Shown piece after piece: positions 15,540 to 24,953 of a DNA stretch of 47,964 nucleotides. The DNA is taken from the IMG/VR virus record IMGVR_UViG_3300005573_000016, positions 1-47,964 of that record. One strand, 5' to 3'. This DNA is from a virus (Duplodnaviria > Caudoviricetes). The position numbers and the translations under genes were made by a program. The notes beneath the pieces were generated by a model. The model was not told where the DNA came from. It did no database searches and worked only from the letters and a program-made list of their open reading frames with translations. Position 1 is the first letter of the stretch. Each line of letters begins with the position of its first letter.

Positions 15540-16418
15540 TTAGTCCGCCTCGTAGTAGGCGAGCGTGGCCGACCGGGTGTTGAGGCGAAGTTCGTAGCCG
15601 CGGTCGACCGCAAACCGCAGGCCCCAGAGGTTCTGCCCAAACCCGTCGATCGCGACCGCGTTGACGGACCGGTAGACCGTTCCACCGGGACCGAACTGCA
15701 CGTCGACCTGCGTGAGATAGGCGGCCGCGCTGCCCCCTACCCCGCCGACCTGGATCGGCCCAAGGTTGGGGAGTCCCAAGGCCTGCGCCGTGGCCGCGTC
15801 GATCGCGCACTCAAAGGCGCCAGTGTCGACAACAAACGAGACATCCGAAAGGTCGCCGCCTGGCTTGCCCACAAGGAGCGGGACAACGAGCGCGTCGTTT
15901 TCGATCTGCCCGGTCACGGATGCTACAGGCTTGGCGGTGGAAGGCTCGGGCGGGACATACTCCGGCACCTGGACCTCCATCACGGCGGGGTCCGACCAAA
16001 GCTCCTCGGCACCATAGGACACACCGGCCTGCACGTACCAGGTGTAGGGCGATCCGGGCGCCACGACGAATGGAAGCGACTGCCCAATCTCGGCGGTCGT
16101 GTCGGGGGTCGTGGCGATCACCCGGTGCCATGCGCCGTCGGGACCGTCGTGCCCGTATCGGTAGAGCGTCGCGCCCGGTACGGGGTCCCAGGCCACATAC
16201 AGGAGCGCGCGTGTCGGGCTCAGGACCTCGATGCTGGTGACGCGCAAGTTGGCCGGCGGGTTCGGAGGGTCCGCGGTGGCAGCCTGTGTAGCCAGGTCGA
16301 CTGAGCGGTGGATGCGATCCGCCACCGCCTGGACAAACTCCCGCTTGTCCGTTTCCGCTGCCTCAATCAGGTGCTCCACAGCATCCTTCCAGTGGTCCGA
16401 AAGTGGCACCCCCACCAA
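15540..16418 (-). CDS. FN3-like domain fused to a retropepsin-like aspartic protease
   Basis: PPANLRV...VAWDPVPGATLYRY...PGSPYTWYVQA (FN3); FVVDTGA, VGGVGG flap, NLWGLRF (A2-type protease). Confidence 0.8.
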   Translation of the reverse strand: MVGVPLSDHWKDAVEHLIEAAETDKREFVQAVADRIHRSVDLATQAATADPPNPPANLRVTSIEVLSPTRALLYVAWDPVPGATLYRYGHDGPDGAWHRVIATTPDTTAEIGQSLPFVVAPGSPYTWYVQAGVSYGAEELWSDPAVMEVQVPEYVPPEPSTAKPVASVTGQIENDALVVPLLVGKPGGDLSDVSFVVDTGAFECAIDAATAQALGLPNLGPIQVGGVGGSAAAYLTQVDVQFGPGGTVYRSVNAVAIDGFGQNLWGLRFAVDRGYELRLNTRSATLAYYEAD

Positions 16419-16426
16419 AACCCCTC

Positions 16427-17497
16427 CTAGCGCTGGGACCGAATGAGATCGAGGTATCCGTCCTCGAAGTCCCGCCTACAGACATAGCACGTGTCGGCGA
16501 GCCGCTTTGCCCGCTCGGGATCGGGGGCAGGGGTCATGGCGACTGCGGCTGCCTCCAGGTGGGCGGAAGCCGTCTCCAGAGTCTGTGGGTCGTAGGGCGA
16601 TCCCGCTTCCAGCGCATGCCGGGCCTCGCGCAGGTGGCGTGCGGCCTCACGCTTCGCCTCGCGGTCCTGGGGCGTGTCCCGGATGGCCGGTGCGGCAAGG
16701 ACACGCTCAGCCATGTCCGCCGTGTCGTAGTAGCGCCTCAGGCGCGCTTCGATCTCCCGGCGGTCACTGTCGGTCAGCCTGGGGGAGCGGGCAAACCGCA
16801 CGGCCTCATCCACGCTTCCCCACGCTAGGACCAGCTCATGCGGAGGGCCTTCAGCCTCGCGCTCCGCGTCCCGCACGCAGGGCATGGCCTGCTCCACCAG
16901 GTGCCGTTCAGGTTCAGGTGTGCGTGCCACCTTAGCTGGCTGCCAGTCGTACTCCTTCAGCACGGCGCTCTCGGCCAGGACGCGCGCCGTGAGGGCACGG
17001 GCACGCTCCTCCTGCCCCTGCTCCGCGGCCTGCGCTGCCTCCCTAGCCGCGGCTGCCATGGCCCGCAAATGCCCGTGGGTGCATTTGGCGCAGGCAATTC
17101 CGTCCGCTACCTCATCCGCGTAGCTGTAGCTCGCAGGGTCGGCGGAAGCGCCCCCGTTTTGGGGCGTTTTGAGGGGCACTTCGGATTCGTCCATGGGTGA
17201 TCTATCGTCCAGGGGGGTAGATGCGCCCTTTTGGGCCTCTCTGGCCCGTTCCTGCGAAGGTGCCTCCTCTACGGCGACTGCGGAGACCGCAGCGCCTGCT
17301 GCCATGGCCGTCAGGGACGGAATCTTGGGCGGGGCGAAGGTCGGAGGAGTAAAGGCGGGCGCCTGAAGGGTCATGGGCGGAGGGGCGAACTGCCCCACGC
17401 CGGCCGCCTTGTCCATCCGGGCGCGAAGATGCTCGATGGTGTGCTTGGAAAGCGTCGTGGCCGTCTCCCAAAGAAAGCCTTCTGCCGTCTCAGGCAC
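16427..17497 (-). CDS. Helical hypothetical protein with CxxC..H motifs
   Basis: 356-aa ORF, GGGAGG RBS, CAKCTHGH and CYVC. Confidence 0.75.
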   Translation of the reverse strand: MPETAEGFLWETATTLSKHTIEHLRARMDKAAGVGQFAPPPMTLQAPAFTPPTFAPPKIPSLTAMAAGAAVSAVAVEEAPSQERAREAQKGASTPLDDRSPMDESEVPLKTPQNGGASADPASYSYADEVADGIACAKCTHGHLRAMAAAAREAAQAAEQGQEERARALTARVLAESAVLKEYDWQPAKVARTPEPERHLVEQAMPCVRDAEREAEGPPHELVLAWGSVDEAVRFARSPRLTDSDRREIEARLRRYYDTADMAERVLAAPAIRDTPQDREAKREAARHLREARHALEAGSPYDPQTLETASAHLEAAAVAMTPAPDPERAKRLADTCYVCRRDFEDGYLDLIRSQR

Positions 17498-17502
17498 TCT
17501 TG

Positions 17503-17829
17503 TTACCCCTCCCGCGGCGTGAGGATCGAAGTTGAGGCCGCACGCATCACGAGCAGCACGGCGTCCACAGCGTCCCTCTGCTCAGCCGTGAGCCTCCCAA
17601 GGATCGCCGCCTCCGCAAGTGCGTCCCAGGCGTTGAGCAGCACCGGGTCCCCGAGGAGCTGCACGATCAAGACTCGGGCATCGCGCCTCTCGACCTCCGC
17701 TAGAGTGCTCCCGCACTGCGGGCACCGGGTTGCGATGCCGAACAGGACCACGCAGACGGACGCGCACTCACGGCAGTACCATAGGGCCGGGTTAGGTCCG
17801 GGCCGCGCCAAGATTCGCTCGAAGTCCAT
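17503..17829 (-). CDS. Zinc-ribbon protein
   Basis: 3' end of ORF 17503-18708 from ATG 17829; CREC...CPQCG. Confidence 0.7.
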   Translation of the reverse strand: MDFERILARPGPNPALWYCRECASVCVVLFGIATRCPQCGSTLAEVERRDARVLIVQLLGDPVLLNAWDALAEAAILGRLTAEQRDAVDAVLLVMRAASTSILTPREG

Positions 17830-17886
17830 GGCTGTCCGCACCCCTGGCTTTAGCATAGGGCTGGCGACGGTAAAGGGGGGTCCTTG

Positions 17887-18738
17887 GTGACGGTGGGAGA
17901 GGCCATACGGCAGTACGGCGAGGCGGCGGGTCCAAAGCGGGCCGCGATCGTCCGCCGCTTCGTCGAGGCCCAGGGCTGGCACGAAAACGCCGGACGCGCC
18001 CTGGCTGAGTACCTGCGCGACCTGGAGGCGCAAGGCATGAAACCCGGCACCGTGGACCAGGTGTACCGCACGGTGCGGGCCTTTTACCGCAGACTTGGGC
18101 TTGAGCCGCCGCGAGTCCCCGGCCACCGCTATGACCCGCAGGATTCGTCGCGGCCTGCGCTCGACGGTGAGGCCATATCCCGCCTCATAGGGGCAGCTCG
18201 ATCGGGATTGGTCCTCCCACAGCACGTCGGCTACCTGGCGCTCTCGACCGTCTACGGCCTGCGCGCGACGGAGATGGCGTCGGTGCTGGACCAGGACGTG
18301 GACCGCGACGGTGAGCGCATTTACATCCGCACCGCTAAGGGCGGTACCGCCCGCTGGACATGGCTGCCGCCAGAGGTAGCTAGGGTCCTGCCGGAGCACT
18401 GGCCGATGGCCGAAGAGAGCCATGTAGAGGCCTCCTTTGGCCGGATTTGGGACGTGGCGATGGACGCGGAAAAGCCACGCGGGGTTGCGTGGCATGCGGT
18501 ACGGAGGGCTCTTGTGAGGGACCTGCGGGGGGCGGGCGTCGATGCTTCGGACGTGGAGCGGTTCCTGCGGTGGTCCAGCGGTGGCAGCAAGCGGATGGTC
18601 AGCCTCTACGAGAGGCCAAATGAACTCGTGGGCGTGTCCGGGGAGAAAGAGAAGGTGGTCGTGGCAGAAGGGACGCGGGAGGCGGATTCTGATGTATGGG
18701 CAAAACATCCCTACATTAGCCTATGGGCTATCCAGTAA
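17887..18738 (+). CDS. Second tyrosine recombinase (short, no arm-binding domain)
   Basis: YGLRATE (R), TAKGG (K), WHAVRR (HxxR), LRW (W), SLY (Y). Confidence 0.88.
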   Translation: MTVGEAIRQYGEAAGPKRAAIVRRFVEAQGWHENAGRALAEYLRDLEAQGMKPGTVDQVYRTVRAFYRRLGLEPPRVPGHRYDPQDSSRPALDGEAISRLIGAARSGLVLPQHVGYLALSTVYGLRATEMASVLDQDVDRDGERIYIRTAKGGTARWTWLPPEVARVLPEHWPMAEESHVEASFGRIWDVAMDAEKPRGVAWHAVRRALVRDLRGAGVDASDVERFLRWSSGGSKRMVSLYERPNELVGVSGEKEKVVVAEGTREADSDVWAKHPYISLWAIQ

Positions 18739-19135
18739 CCGTGAAGGTAGCCGAACCGGTGGCACTTCCTGTGGGCCATTGTGCAGTAGCTTCTATCGTC
18801 CATGTCCCTGCGTTTCCTGGCGTGAGATGCAGCGTTGAAGTCGTGCTGCCAGGTCGTACTGTGGTCAGTGGCTGTCCTCCCGTAATGGCGGTCCATGTCC
18901 AGATGATGGGACCATTTGGTACGGGGGAGATGGATGCAACAAAGGTGGAGCTGTGGTAATGCCCAGTACTGTCTAGGAGGCTTGCTGATGATGGCCCAGA
19001 GATTGTGACAGTTGGCGATTTCGCCGCCAAAGATGCAGTCCTAGAATAAGTTTGTTTGGCTGTGAGCTTGTACACCACTACTCCGGCTGCCACTGCAGAT
19101 GCTCCGGCCAATGCCCACTTTTCCCACGGGTCCAT
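18728..19135 (-). CDS. N-terminally membrane-anchored protein with Ig/PKD-like beta domain
   Basis: MDPWEKWALAGASAVAAGVVVYK anchor; PTVTISGP...WTW...GTWTIEATA. Confidence 0.7.
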   Translation of the reverse strand: MDPWEKWALAGASAVAAGVVVYKLTAKQTYSRTASLAAKSPTVTISGPSSASLLDSTGHYHSSTFVASISPVPNGPIIWTWTAITGGQPLTTVRPGSTTSTLHLTPGNAGTWTIEATAQWPTGSATGSATFTVTG

Positions 19136-19138
19136 GTT

Positions 19139-20062
19139 TTACCCCCCTAGCAAGGAGCCTATCATCCGCACGATCGGCCGGTAGCTGTACGGGGTCGGCT
19201 GCCAAGTAATGGTGGCAGTGTCTGGTCCAAGTCCATTCCAGTCCGCCTGAACTGGCGACCCCACAAGTTGCGTCGTGCTTTCTCCTGCAATGGGAAGAGG
19301 CCATACCATGTTCATAGGCTGCATGAACGTCTGCCAGTTGGGCATCCATACACTGGGAGCCTGTGCCGCAAGCCACGCAGGCCACCCGTGCCCAGGTGAA
19401 AGGCCAAGCGACATGGACTGCCATGCGAATACGCCGTCGTTTTGCGGATTTGGTTCCAACACTGGCTCAAGATATGCGTGAGGACCCTCTACAAAGGTAG
19501 GCGCCTCCATCACCCACTCTGCGGAATCCCACCCTCCACCAGTGGGAAGAGAGCATCCGATGGCTAAGGATTGGCCCGTAGTCAAATCGGTCACCATGGC
19601 AGCAGGGATTCCCCCCAAATACCCGACGAGAGCCATGATCGTGTCGCCTGGGGATATGGTGAACGATGAGAGCATAGCGGGTTTCGGGTAATCTTCGGCC
19701 ACTAGGTATTCCAGGATCTGGCCGGACTCGGCCTCCACGTCTAAGGTGCCCGCCTGGCACAGGTTCCCGGAGTATTTGAGGCCGTTCATGCCACCAAGCC
19801 CTACCCATATCGCATCCGCGCCACCACCAACATCTCCTGGCTCAGGAGGACCATTGGGGTTAGGCTTGAATGCCGGTTCCACCCAAGTGGCGGCAATGAC
19901 CCCAAAGTTAGCGTTACCGGGAGTATTTACGACTTGCCCTGCCCAGTTGAGGGAGGAAATGGGAGAAATCAAGGATAGATAAATAGCAGCACCAATGATA
20001 TTGCCTATCAAGACAGTCCATCTGCCAATAGCAGTCTTATGGACTCCAAACACTCTGTCCAC
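19139..20062 (-). CDS. Glutamic peptidase, family G1 (eqolisin/scytalidopepsin-like); true start may be TTG at 20011
   Basis: NWAG, ATWVEP, AIWVGLGG, LCQAGT (catalytic Q), ISPGDTI, SAEWVMEAP (catalytic E). Confidence 0.85.
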   Translation of the reverse strand: MDRVFGVHKTAIGRWTVLIGNIIGAAIYLSLISPISSLNWAGQVVNTPGNANFGVIAATWVEPAFKPNPNGPPEPGDVGGGADAIWVGLGGMNGLKYSGNLCQAGTLDVEAESGQILEYLVAEDYPKPAMLSSFTISPGDTIMALVGYLGGIPAAMVTDLTTGQSLAIGCSLPTGGGWDSAEWVMEAPTFVEGPHAYLEPVLEPNPQNDGVFAWQSMSLGLSPGHGWPAWLAAQAPSVWMPNWQTFMQPMNMVWPLPIAGESTTQLVGSPVQADWNGLGPDTATITWQPTPYSYRPIVRMIGSLLGG

Positions 20063-21093
20063 ATATGTTGTGGTGTCATAGTGTCTGACTGTATTTGGAT
20101 TTTAGGCTTAGCTAATCTATTCGTTGCTACTCGTTCTAACAGTTCTGTTAGTTCGGCGTATGTAGTAAATTGAATTCCGTTCTCCTTTCCGGTAAGCGCT
20201 ATTTCTGTTGCCCCATGTATGGCAATAAGAGGTATACCGCAAGCCAATGACTCCCGTGCCACCAAAGGTTCGCCTTCGTCGATGCTCGGAATGATAGTCC
20301 AGTCAACTCCTAGAGCACTCGCTAGGTTCCATGGGTTGTCCGACCAGTCTGCTTGTAGCACGGATGCCGCCTTGGATAGTTCATTTATAAGTGTCATCAC
20401 CCTATGTCTTACTTCTTGGCTCTCCGTGGTAAAGCCGCCAATGATAGCTAGCCTAGGCTTCTGTTTTGCTTTGAGCATCGCCTCTATCAGCAGGTCTACT
20501 CCTTTTTGGTCTGCGTCCAACCGTCCGCAATACAATACCGTAGGCTCGTTGTGATCTTCTCTTTTGTCTCCTATTGCGGCTTCTTTATCGCACCTATTTA
20601 GTATAGGATTGGTTATGTGTAGTTTTGGCACATTAGGGGCAAAGTGATTCGCATCCTCTATAACCGTTTGGCCGCATCCCCATATCGCATCTGCATGCTT
20701 TAGCATGTAAGCACTTGACAAGGCGGTTCCAAGGCTTGGCTTTCCGTGAAGCCAAATTATTGTTGGAATCGCTCTGGCTACTTTGGCAATTACGACTGAC
20801 GATACATGCGATCCTACGTATGTTCCCGTTGGTGCTATAAGTACGTCTGGATGCACTTTATCAATGATGTTTATGGTCACTCTTGATCTTTCTATAATGT
20901 CCATAGTTGGATCAAGCCAATAATATTTGTCACCATGCAGTTTGTCGTAGAAGTCTGCTTCCTTCGTCTTTCTAGGCTTCGACAGCAACCAAGTTATCGA
21001 AACGTGATCCGGGACACTTGAGTCCCATGCGGCAAGTACGTTTTCCATACCGCCAATACCAGCCATATTCATAAGCGCTACGAGTAGTTTCAT
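20008..21093 (-). CDS. GT-B glycosyltransferase, family 4-like
   Basis: IGGMENV, WLHG, YCGRLDADQKGVDLLIEA, IIPSIDEGEPLVARESLACGIPLI; ATG 21093. Confidence 0.9.
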   Translation of the reverse strand: MKLLVALMNMAGIGGMENVLAAWDSSVPDHVSITWLLSKPRKTKEADFYDKLHGDKYYWLDPTMDIIERSRVTINIIDKVHPDVLIAPTGTYVGSHVSSVVIAKVARAIPTIIWLHGKPSLGTALSSAYMLKHADAIWGCGQTVIEDANHFAPNVPKLHITNPILNRCDKEAAIGDKREDHNEPTVLYCGRLDADQKGVDLLIEAMLKAKQKPRLAIIGGFTTESQEVRHRVMTLINELSKAASVLQADWSDNPWNLASALGVDWTIIPSIDEGEPLVARESLACGIPLIAIHGATEIALTGKENGIQFTTYAELTELLERVATNRLAKPKIQIQSDTMTPQHMWTECLESIRLLLADGLS

Positions 21094-21103
21094 CGCTACA
21101 CCA

Positions 21104-21667
21104 TTAGTAGAAAACGTAAATGTGTTCTGCGGTGAACGGGTCGCTTGCGTCCTTTGATACGATGCCATCCTGACTTATAAGATACGAGCCTGATAAGGTT
21201 GTTAGGTTAGTCACCATCTCCTTGTCTCCCCTTTCAATCCTTTCTACGGTGACTCGCTTATGCGTTTTCGATACGATAACATCACCCTTTGTAATATCCC
21301 TGACGTCTACAAACTCGCGTGTCGCATATGTTGAATGCCATCGTTCTACAGCAAACCTGTGGAATTCGGTTGCCCTTATATGCACTCCCCCTGATCCGTA
21401 AATATCGTAAACTTGTTCTCGGTGCGGCTTTCCGACGGTCATTACTTGTGTTACTTCTAGATGTCCGTCTAGTCCCATAGTTAGTACTTCGTCTCCAGCG
21501 GAAATGTCCCTTATTGGTTTTTCTCCGTAAGGAGTAAGGACGAATGTGTCAACTGTGAGGCACGTCTGAGACGCATCTTCGGTACCCATTCCAATCCAAG
21601 TTTGGGAAGGCATGAATGGTAGCGTGTAACTTGGAGTAGCTGTATTTGCTGGCGCGAAGTGTGGCAC
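21104..21667 (-). CDS. Hint-domain (bacterial intein-like) protein; Hint about 21149-21562
   Basis: CLTVDTFVLTPYGEKPIRDI..GDEV, ATEFHRF (TxxH), VTNLTT..GSYLI..GIVSKD. Confidence 0.8.
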   Translation of the reverse strand: MPHFAPANTATPSYTLPFMPSQTWIGMGTEDASQTCLTVDTFVLTPYGEKPIRDISAGDEVLTMGLDGHLEVTQVMTVGKPHREQVYDIYGSGGVHIRATEFHRFAVERWHSTYATREFVDVRDITKGDVIVSKTHKRVTVERIERGDKEMVTNLTTLSGSYLISQDGIVSKDASDPFTAEHIYVFY

Positions 21668-21686
21668 CCAATGTACCCCCCGTTGT

Positions 21687-22877
21687 TTACTGTCCTAGCA
21701 CAAAGAATGCTTCTAGGACCGCAAGCGTCGTCGCCGCTCCCGTCTCGAAGTTGACGGTGTCCCCGGCCACTACGGGGAGGCTCACGTCGTACTCTGCGCC
21801 CGCTGTAAGGTTATTTCCCGCGTTGATCGCAAGGTATTGCGTGCCGTTTCTCGTAATCAAAAATGTCGTGGCCGTGGCTCCGCTCTCAATCCCAACCGCG
21901 ATGTTGAGCGTCCCGTTCGCAGGCACGGTGTACGCGGCAGCCATGATGGCGGTTGTTGCGCTAGTCGCAAGGGCTTTCTCGTTTAGCACGAGCGTGGCAG
22001 GAGGGCTTGCTACGGGAGACACAAGCACCTGACCTGAAGAAGTCGTGGCAATGGCCCGCAGGTCTGTCCCGTCCGTGCCTGCCACCTGCACGGCCTGAGA
22101 TGGTGCGGCGGACGCAGGCGCGCCCGAGGCCCCTGCAAGGGTGCTATCTGCCACCGTCCATGAGCCGGACTGGATCGCATTGACAGCCCCGATGGTGTTG
22201 GTGCCCGCAGGGAGCGCGCTCACGACATTGGTGTTTAGGTGCCCGCTCGTGTCGGTCGAGAGTGCCCGCAGATCAGTCCCATCCGTGCCTGCAACCTGCA
22301 CGGCCGATGCTGGAGCAGCTGATCCAGGCGCCCCAACGTTGAGCGCTGTGGGAACCCAGTTGCTGGTTGCAGCATCCCACTGGTAGCAGAAGGCATTCGT
22401 GTCGAGCCCGTTTAGATAGTTGGGCAGGGCCGCCCCAGTAGCCTCGTTGATCCCAGCCGGTACCCCGCCAGAGCTAGGTGTCGTGATAGCCATGAGCGGT
22501 ATTCCGTTGGATGCCGCAGAGACTGCCTGTCCGCCCCATTGCTGCACGTTCTCCGGCGCGCTGACCGTTACGTTGAACTGGCCCGCCTGGAACAGCCACA
22601 CGCGGTATCCGGCCTGGGGGGCTGCCGAGAGCGCGCCCGATGCAAACGAGAGGGCAGAGGCCGTGTTGCTGGCAATCGGGGCCAGCGTCGCCGTTGTGCC
22701 GGGTCCCAGCGCCCCCGCCTCAAACAGCGCCCACCCGCCGGCCAGATCGCTCGTGCTGAGACTGAGGCCGGCGATGGGCACGCTCGTCGCAGTGGCATTC
22801 GCGCCCACGGAGACCACCGCGATGGCCGACGCAAACGGCAGGAGCGCTTCCAGGTTCCCCGAGCCGATCTGGCTCAT
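21687..22877 (-). CDS. Ala/Thr/Gly-rich structural protein (spike/fibre-like) with internal repeat
   Basis: AP.SAAP..AVQVAGTDGTDLRA..T..SG present twice; beta-rich C-terminal domain. Confidence 0.65.
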   Translation of the reverse strand: MSQIGSGNLEALLPFASAIAVVSVGANATATSVPIAGLSLSTSDLAGGWALFEAGALGPGTTATLAPIASNTASALSFASGALSAAPQAGYRVWLFQAGQFNVTVSAPENVQQWGGQAVSAASNGIPLMAITTPSSGGVPAGINEATGAALPNYLNGLDTNAFCYQWDAATSNWVPTALNVGAPGSAAPASAVQVAGTDGTDLRALSTDTSGHLNTNVVSALPAGTNTIGAVNAIQSGSWTVADSTLAGASGAPASAAPSQAVQVAGTDGTDLRAIATTSSGQVLVSPVASPPATLVLNEKALATSATTAIMAAAYTVPANGTLNIAVGIESGATATTFLITRNGTQYLAINAGNNLTAGAEYDVSLPVVAGDTVNFETGAATTLAVLEAFFVLGQ

Positions 22878-23251
22878 GGCCTACCACCTGCCTTCAGCCT
22901 GGTTACGGGAGGCAGGTATGGAGGCCTGGGCTTAGGGCCACCGGGCCCCGTCCCTGCTCCCGCTGGGGCCTGCTCAGACCATGGCGGCAGGGGCACCGCC
23001 TGCCCCGGCTGTAGCACGGTCAGGTAACACCGATTCCGCCCGGTCCGGGGATTGATGGGCCCATGCGGGCCTGCGATGCGATCCGGTCCGGGGATCGCCT
23101 TTGCGGCAAGCCTGAGCGCCACGCATCCTCCCACTGGAGGAGTGCTAGTTGCCACGGATAGTGGCTCCGTCGTGTGCCGCACGGTCCGGGTGTCGGTGTC
23201 GACAAGTACCCGCACCCCATGCTCCTGGCAAAGCACCACCAGCGAGGCCAT
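22874..23251 (-). CDS. Hypothetical protein with Pro-rich tail
   Basis: Translationally coupled on both sides. Confidence 0.7.
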   Translation of the reverse strand: MASLVVLCQEHGVRVLVDTDTRTVRHTTEPLSVATSTPPVGGCVALRLAAKAIPGPDRIAGPHGPINPRTGRNRCYLTVLQPGQAVPLPPWSEQAPAGAGTGPGGPKPRPPYLPPVTRLKAGGRP

Positions 23252-23907
23252 TACACTTCACCTGCCGCGGAGAGCACGCTTGTGAGGTTTGCTATGGTCT
23301 CTGCACCGTAGCGTAGAAACGGGGCGAACACCGAGTTGTAGTAGTCGTCCGTGAGGAGAACCACTTCCGCGTCATACGTCACCTCAATGTCGGACGACGT
23401 GCCGTTCTGGAGTGTCGCCACGATGCTGCTCCGGATGACACCATACTCCGGCATGATCTCGACGGCCTCGGCGGTCATAGGGAAGTCGTTCAGTAGCACG
23501 TTCACCTGGTCCACAACAAGGGTGGCGGTCAGTTCTGAAGTGTAGGTGTCTGAGAATACCCGGATGGGGGCGGTTACGATCATGACGTTTCCGCTCGCCA
23601 CGGGGATCACGATCTGCGCGCTTCCTCCCGCGGGCACGCTCACGGCCTGGCGCAGGAAGAGGATGGCCGCAATGCCTGGCTCGTCCGCCGCGATGAGCGA
23701 GGCCGCCAACACCTTTGGGCTGATCGGGAGCGGCACCGTCGGGGCGGGCAACGTGGAGCCGGGAGGGGCTGCACCGGAGGGGACGGTCGGCCCGCCTGGC
23801 AGCGTAGGTGGTGACGCTGGTGTGGTGACGCCGGCGCCCTGCCCTGCGACTTCCGCCACGTCCAGGGCTGCCGATGCAAGCGCCACCCCCACGGTCCTCG
23901 CGGCCAT
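23251..23907 (-). CDS. Putative structural protein: Pro-rich linker plus single beta-sandwich domain
   Basis: Alternating hydrophobic strands over about 120 aa; coupled to neighbours. Confidence 0.6.
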   Translation of the reverse strand: MAARTVGVALASAALDVAEVAGQGAGVTTPASPPTLPGGPTVPSGAAPPGSTLPAPTVPLPISPKVLAASLIAADEPGIAAILFLRQAVSVPAGGSAQIVIPVASGNVMIVTAPIRVFSDTYTSELTATLVVDQVNVLLNDFPMTAEAVEIMPEYGVIRSSIVATLQNGTSSDIEVTYDAEVVLLTDDYYNSVFAPFLRYGAETIANLTSVLSAAGEV

Positions 23908-24858
23908 CTAGAGCACCCCCGCCTCGATCTTCTGGCTGACGCTTGCGGGCACCGCCTGGCCGAGCCGGTATTGGATCTCTGGCGTGAGCCGCACGTGCCA
24001 AATCTCTGCGGACATGGCGATGTCGTTCGTGGCCGTGGTGCAGCTTGCGGTGATGGTGACCTGCTGCTCTGCGATAATGAACACCTCGACCGGGAGCGCG
24101 ATCCCGAGGCCGTACGCGGGGATTTGCAGGAAGGCGTCGTTGTCGTCGACCTGCACGGTCATGGTAAGTCCGTCGCTTCCGGTGCCAGGCGTCGTGTAGA
24201 GCGACCGGATCACGAGGATTTCCTGCCCGTGCGCGGCATCCTGCGCCATTTGCACCGGAACGCCTGGCTGAAGCGTCGGCACCGCGAGGCCGATCACGGC
24301 GGAGTCCGTGACTTGGTTTCGGAACTCGTTCTCCACGACCCACTCGAACGAGCGCGGCAGGACCCCGCGCGGCGTCTGGCCGGTGAGTCCAGCCTGCGCG
24401 GCAAGCTGTCGCTCCTGGGCTGTGAGGGAGAAGTCCTGTGGGAACTTGATCTTCTGCGCGATGTTCGGCTGCTCCACGAGCACGGTCCAGTTCACGCCAA
24501 AGTTCGTGAGCGCGCTTCCTGGGTTAGAGAGAAGGACCTGCAGACGGTTGGCCGCGGCAGGAAGACGGTAGGGCCTGCCTGGGCGGACCGCGACCTGCGG
24601 CAAGATGGCCGCCACCGGAACGAGCGGCGTCGAGTACGTGTCCGCCTGGGCCACGATGGCAGAAGCGCCCACGTCGGTTGCGCTCTGCTGAAACTGCAGC
24701 GAATGAAGCGTCACGAGCCTTCCGGTGGACCTGAGATTCCCGTAGCTGAAGAGCGTCTGTGGCGTCGTATTGCTCGCCACGGAGGGCAGCATGAGAGCAT
24801 CCGGTACCAGGGCGGGTAGGTACTTCAGGGCCTTGAAGAACGCTGTGCTCAGTGCCAC
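23908..24858 (-). CDS. Putative capsid protein with two tandem beta-rich domains (jelly-roll candidate)
   Basis: 316 aa; both halves end in strand, helices and a GVL motif. Confidence 0.5.
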   Translation of the reverse strand: MALSTAFFKALKYLPALVPDALMLPSVASNTTPQTLFSYGNLRSTGRLVTLHSLQFQQSATDVGASAIVAQADTYSTPLVPVAAILPQVAVRPGRPYRLPAAANRLQVLLSNPGSALTNFGVNWTVLVEQPNIAQKIKFPQDFSLTAQERQLAAQAGLTGQTPRGVLPRSFEWVVENEFRNQVTDSAVIGLAVPTLQPGVPVQMAQDAAHGQEILVIRSLYTTPGTGSDGLTMTVQVDDNDAFLQIPAYGLGIALPVEVFIIAEQQVTITASCTTATNDIAMSAEIWHVRLTPEIQYRLGQAVPASVSQKIEAGVL

Positions 24859-24920
24859 GCGGTAACACTCCCTTGCGGCATCGGTTTGGGGAAAATGCAG
24901 GCTTTACGCCGGAAAGGCCC

Positions 24921-24938
24921 GGCCCGCTACTGCGGGCC
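24921..24938 (-). terminator. GC-rich hairpin after the major-capsid candidate cluster
   Basis: GGCCCGC-TACT-GCGGGCC in a 95-nt gap; weak U-tract. Confidence 0.45.
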
Positions 24939-24953
24939 TAGAGGGCTGGGACG

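Noticed and set aside
21149-21562. Second canonical splicing intein
   Set aside because: Ends K-D followed by Ala rather than H-N followed by Cys/Ser/Thr, and the flanks are only short peptides; treated as an intein-like domain.
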